From Minisyncoccota bacterium (lineage in GTDB: Bacteria > Patescibacteriota > Minisyncoccia > Phycocordibacterales > DSPV01), in NCBI GenBank assembly GCA_041662545.1, contig JBAZSH010000002.1:2239-66238 (forward strand): a stretch of 64,000 bases of DNA, given 5' to 3'. The position numbers were made by a program, and so were the translations under genes. Positions 61,684 through 64,000 of the stretch are shown here, piece by piece (position 1 is the stretch's first letter; the number at the start of each line of letters is the position of its first letter). The notes beneath the pieces were generated by a model. It saw only the letters and a list, made by a program, of their open reading frames with translations, did not search any database and was not told where the DNA came from.

Positions 61684-62840
61684 CGTCAAAAATTAGGCCT
61701 AAATCATTGAAAGAGTTTGTTGGCCAAGAACATTTGGTTGGCGTCGGTAACCCTTCGACTTCGCTCAGGGCAGGACCACTTTATACAGCGATTCGCGCTC
61801 GGCATCTTTTTTCTTTTATTCTTTGGGGTCCGCCCGGGGTGGGGAAAACCACCTTAGCGAAAATTTATGCCAAAGCACTGGATGCCAAACTCTGGGAATT
61901 ATCCGCGGTTTCCGCCGGCAAAGATGACATTAAAAAAATCGTGAATGAAGCTGATACAGTTTTTGACCAACGCCCGAAACTTTTATTTTTGGATGAAATC
62001 CACCGTTTCAACAAAGCCCAGCAAGATTTTCTTTTACCTTTTGTGGAGAGTGGCAAGTTAACTTTAATTGGGGCCACCACTGAAAACCCAAGTTTTGAAG
62101 TAATTTCACCATTGTTATCTCGTTGTCGAGTTTTCGTTTTAAAAGCTCTCTCTGAAGCGGAAATCAAAAAAATTATTAGACAGACAAAAATCGTTATGCC
62201 GAAAAATGCTTTGGATTGGCTGGCGGTAATGGCCAATGGCGATGCCCGGATTGCTATTACTGTTTTGGAAAATACCCAGCAACTTTACAAAAAAATAACA
62301 GTGGACACTTTGAAAGAAACTTTGCAAAACGCCTTCATTCGTTTTGATAAAAAAGGCGACGAGCACTACGATACAATTTCAGCTTTCATAAAAAGTATGC
62401 GCGCCAGCGATGCTGACGCGGCGATTTATTATTTGGCGCGGATGATTGAGGGTGGTGAAGATCCAAAATTTATCGCTCGGCGGATGGTAATTTTTGCTTC
62501 GGAAGATATTGGTTTGGCTCAACCAACGGCGCTGGTGGTGGCCAATGAAGTTTTTGAAGCAGTGGAGAAAATCGTTTTGCCGGAATGCGCCATAAATTTA
62601 GCGCACGGCGTTGCTTATTTGGCTTTGGCCAAAAAAGATCGTAGCGCTTATGATGCTCTCCGCGCCGCCCAAGAAGATATTCATAAACTCGGCAATCTCC
62701 CGATTCCTTTAAAAATCCGCAATGCCCCAACCAAACTTATGAAAGAACTTGGTTATGGCACTGGTTATGAGAAATATTCCAAGGAAAGCAATCTGCCGGA
62801 AAAAATTAAAGGAAAAAAGTATTTGCGTCGTCGGGGTTGA
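61671..62840 (+). CDS. rarA: replication-associated recombination protein A (AAA+ ATPase)
   Basis: Walker A WGPPGVGKTTLA, Walker B LFLDEIHRFNK, MgsA C-terminal domain. Confidence 0.9.
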   Translation: MEPLASKIRPKSLKEFVGQEHLVGVGNPSTSLRAGPLYTAIRARHLFSFILWGPPGVGKTTLAKIYAKALDAKLWELSAVSAGKDDIKKIVNEADTVFDQRPKLLFLDEIHRFNKAQQDFLLPFVESGKLTLIGATTENPSFEVISPLLSRCRVFVLKALSEAEIKKIIRQTKIVMPKNALDWLAVMANGDARIAITVLENTQQLYKKITVDTLKETLQNAFIRFDKKGDEHYDTISAFIKSMRASDADAAIYYLARMIEGGEDPKFIARRMVIFASEDIGLAQPTALVVANEVFEAVEKIVLPECAINLAHGVAYLALAKKDRSAYDALRAAQEDIHKLGNLPIPLKIRNAPTKLMKELGYGTGYEKYSKESNLPEKIKGKKYLRRRG

Positions 62841-62890
62841 CAAAAATCTTGATTTGAATTATATTTTTTCTAGAAAGGAGGTGAGGTTAA

Positions 62891-63268
62891 ATGTTTCGCA
62901 AAATGCCAAGAAAACGCCGACGATTTAATAAGCGCCAGGCGATGGTTTGTGGTTCTGCTCTCGGGTTGATACTTGAAGACGAGGTTGAGACCTATTTGAA
63001 AGAATTGCTCGCTGGTGGTTTTATAGCAAGTTATGTGCGACATAGTCGTCATTCACTTGAAGATTGTTCCGGAAGGGATTTTACGGTGGGGAAACAAGTT
63101 AGGGGAATACTGGTTTATGTTTCTTTTGGAGTTACAATTTCAGCTGAAAGATGCCTTCGGAGTAGGGACTTACATTGGCCCGTTCCCCAGTTTTGGTTTC
63201 CAATTTGGACAGATAAGACGTTAATTGTCAAGACTATTTTGGATCTATTCAAGCCGTTATCGGTTTGA
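62891..63268 (+). CDS. hypothetical small basic protein
   Basis: strong SD AAAGGAGGTG 8 nt upstream, terminator hairpin 63272-63297 + T7 directly after stop. Confidence 0.45.
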   Translation: MFRKMPRKRRRFNKRQAMVCGSALGLILEDEVETYLKELLAGGFIASYVRHSRHSLEDCSGRDFTVGKQVRGILVYVSFGVTISAERCLRSRDLHWPVPQFWFPIWTDKTLIVKTILDLFKPLSV

Positions 63269-64000
63269 ACTTGGACCCTGACCTTGTGTCAGGGTCCATA
63301 TTTTTTTGAAATTATTTGGTAAAAACCAGTGAATGTTTTTATCTTTTTTAAACCAAGTCATTTGTCTTTTGGCATAGCGCCAGATTTCAGTGAAGAGTTT
63401 TTCAATCATTTCTTCTTTGGATCCGTCAGTCGGCGGATTATTTTTGAGATATTTCGCAAGATAACGGTATTCCAAACCAAGTTCGTTCATTCGTTTCCAT
63501 GATAAACCCTGCTGATGTAATTTTTCTGCTTCAGCGATCATTCCTTGTTTCAAGCGCGCAAGTAGGCGAGTGCGAATTTTTTTCTTCAATTTTTCCGGCG
63601 GTAAAGTTAAGCCAATTTTTATGACTTTAAAAGGTTGAACCTTGGATCTGAAAAAAGGTTCAACCTTTATTTCTTTTTCTTTTGATAAGGCGACCTCTAT
63701 TGCCCGAATTAAACGGCGGGGATTGTGGTGGTCAATTTTTTCTGCCCGCGCCGGGTCCAGTTTTTTTAACATTTCAAAAAGTTCGCTGGCCGATTTTTTT
63801 GCCAATTGGGCGCGAAGTTTTGGATTGGGTGGCGCGGGCGCCAATTCAATTTCGCCAAGCAGGGCAGAAATATAAAAACCAGTGCCACCGCAAATTATGG
63901 GAGTGTGGCCGCGTGAAAAAATCGCGGCGATTTTTTCACGCCCTAATCTGACAAAATCAGCAGCAGAAAATTGTTTTTTTGGATTAGCAACATCCAAGAG
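63257..64000 (-). CDS. miaA: tRNA dimethylallyltransferase (N-terminus beyond window end), carrying a type-A 37-nt hairpin insertion
   Basis: P-loop region PIICGGTGFY near window end; conserved IPT family blocks. Confidence 0.8.
   Translation of the reverse strand, partial: LLDVANPKKQFSAADFVRLGREKIAAIFSRGHTPIICGGTGFYISALLGEIELAPAPPNPKLRAQLAKKSASELFEMLKKLDPARAEKIDHHNPRRLIRAIEVALSKEKEIKVEPFFRSKVQPFKVIKIGLTLPPEKLKKKIRTRLLARLKQGMIAEAEKLHQQGLSWKRMNELGLEYRYLAKYLKNNPPTDGSKEEMIEKLFTEIWRYAKRQMTWFKKDKNIHWFLPNNFKKIWTLTQGQGPSSNR
63272..63304 (+). terminator. rho-independent terminator (overlaps 3' coding end of convergent miaA)
   Basis: ggaccctgaccttgtgtcagggtcc + TATTTTTTT. Confidence 0.7.
63631..63667. 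repeat. 37-nt palindromic hairpin element (type A) in miaA
   Basis: aaggttgaaccttggatctgaaaaaaggttcaacctt, identical to ligA copy. Confidence 0.9.

Noticed and set aside
63642-63951. Plus-strand ORFs inside miaA
   Set aside because: Antisense shadow ORFs; miaA identity on the minus strand is clear.

Overview
This ~40% GC, gene-dense segment looks like a reduced-genome bacterium of the CPR/Patescibacteria type. The core content includes many small hypotheticals, type IV pilin-like genes, and a 23S-5S rRNA unit with no linked 16S. Housekeeping genes present: infB (partial), rodA/ftsW-like, gatCA, pilD plus four pilin-like genes, ligA, ppsA, tRNA-Leu(CAG), secA, a two-component pair, an ABC exporter, ychF, RNase P RNA (minus strand, absent from the ORF track), leuS, mltG, a CcdA/thioredoxin operon, mnmA, lysS, dus, rarA and miaA (partial).

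Main non-routine observations:
1. A ~313-nt group-I-like intron lies in 23S domain V.
2. A family of 37-nt palindromic hairpin elements is inserted in frame in ligA, mnmA (three copies) and miaA, resembling Rickettsia RPE-style intragenic elements.
3. A lower-GC accessory island (~26.8-45.3 kb) is rich in phosphotransfer and ligase enzymes: a permuted PEP-utilizing dikinase-like protein, an alpha-oxoamine synthase, a His-phosphatase, a GNAT, an amidohydrolase, an aminotransferase, two ATP-grasp ligases, an APH-like and a PI3/4K-like kinase, an NDK-like protein and three Nudix genes. Its promoter regions share three classes of near-identical cis elements, which argues for one regulon.
4. A membrane protein carries four SH3b-like repeats and a C-terminal RNxxxH (HEPN-like) domain.
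5. A ~60% GC orphan gene has its own promoter/operator and a structured leader, and is bracketed by terminators.
6. An octamer tandem repeat sits in a pilin leader and is a phase-variation candidate.
7. Several genes appear leaderless, with ATG 6 nt after a TGTATAAT box.
8. The aminotransferase and one small gene are frameshifted.

No CRISPR array or transposase was seen.
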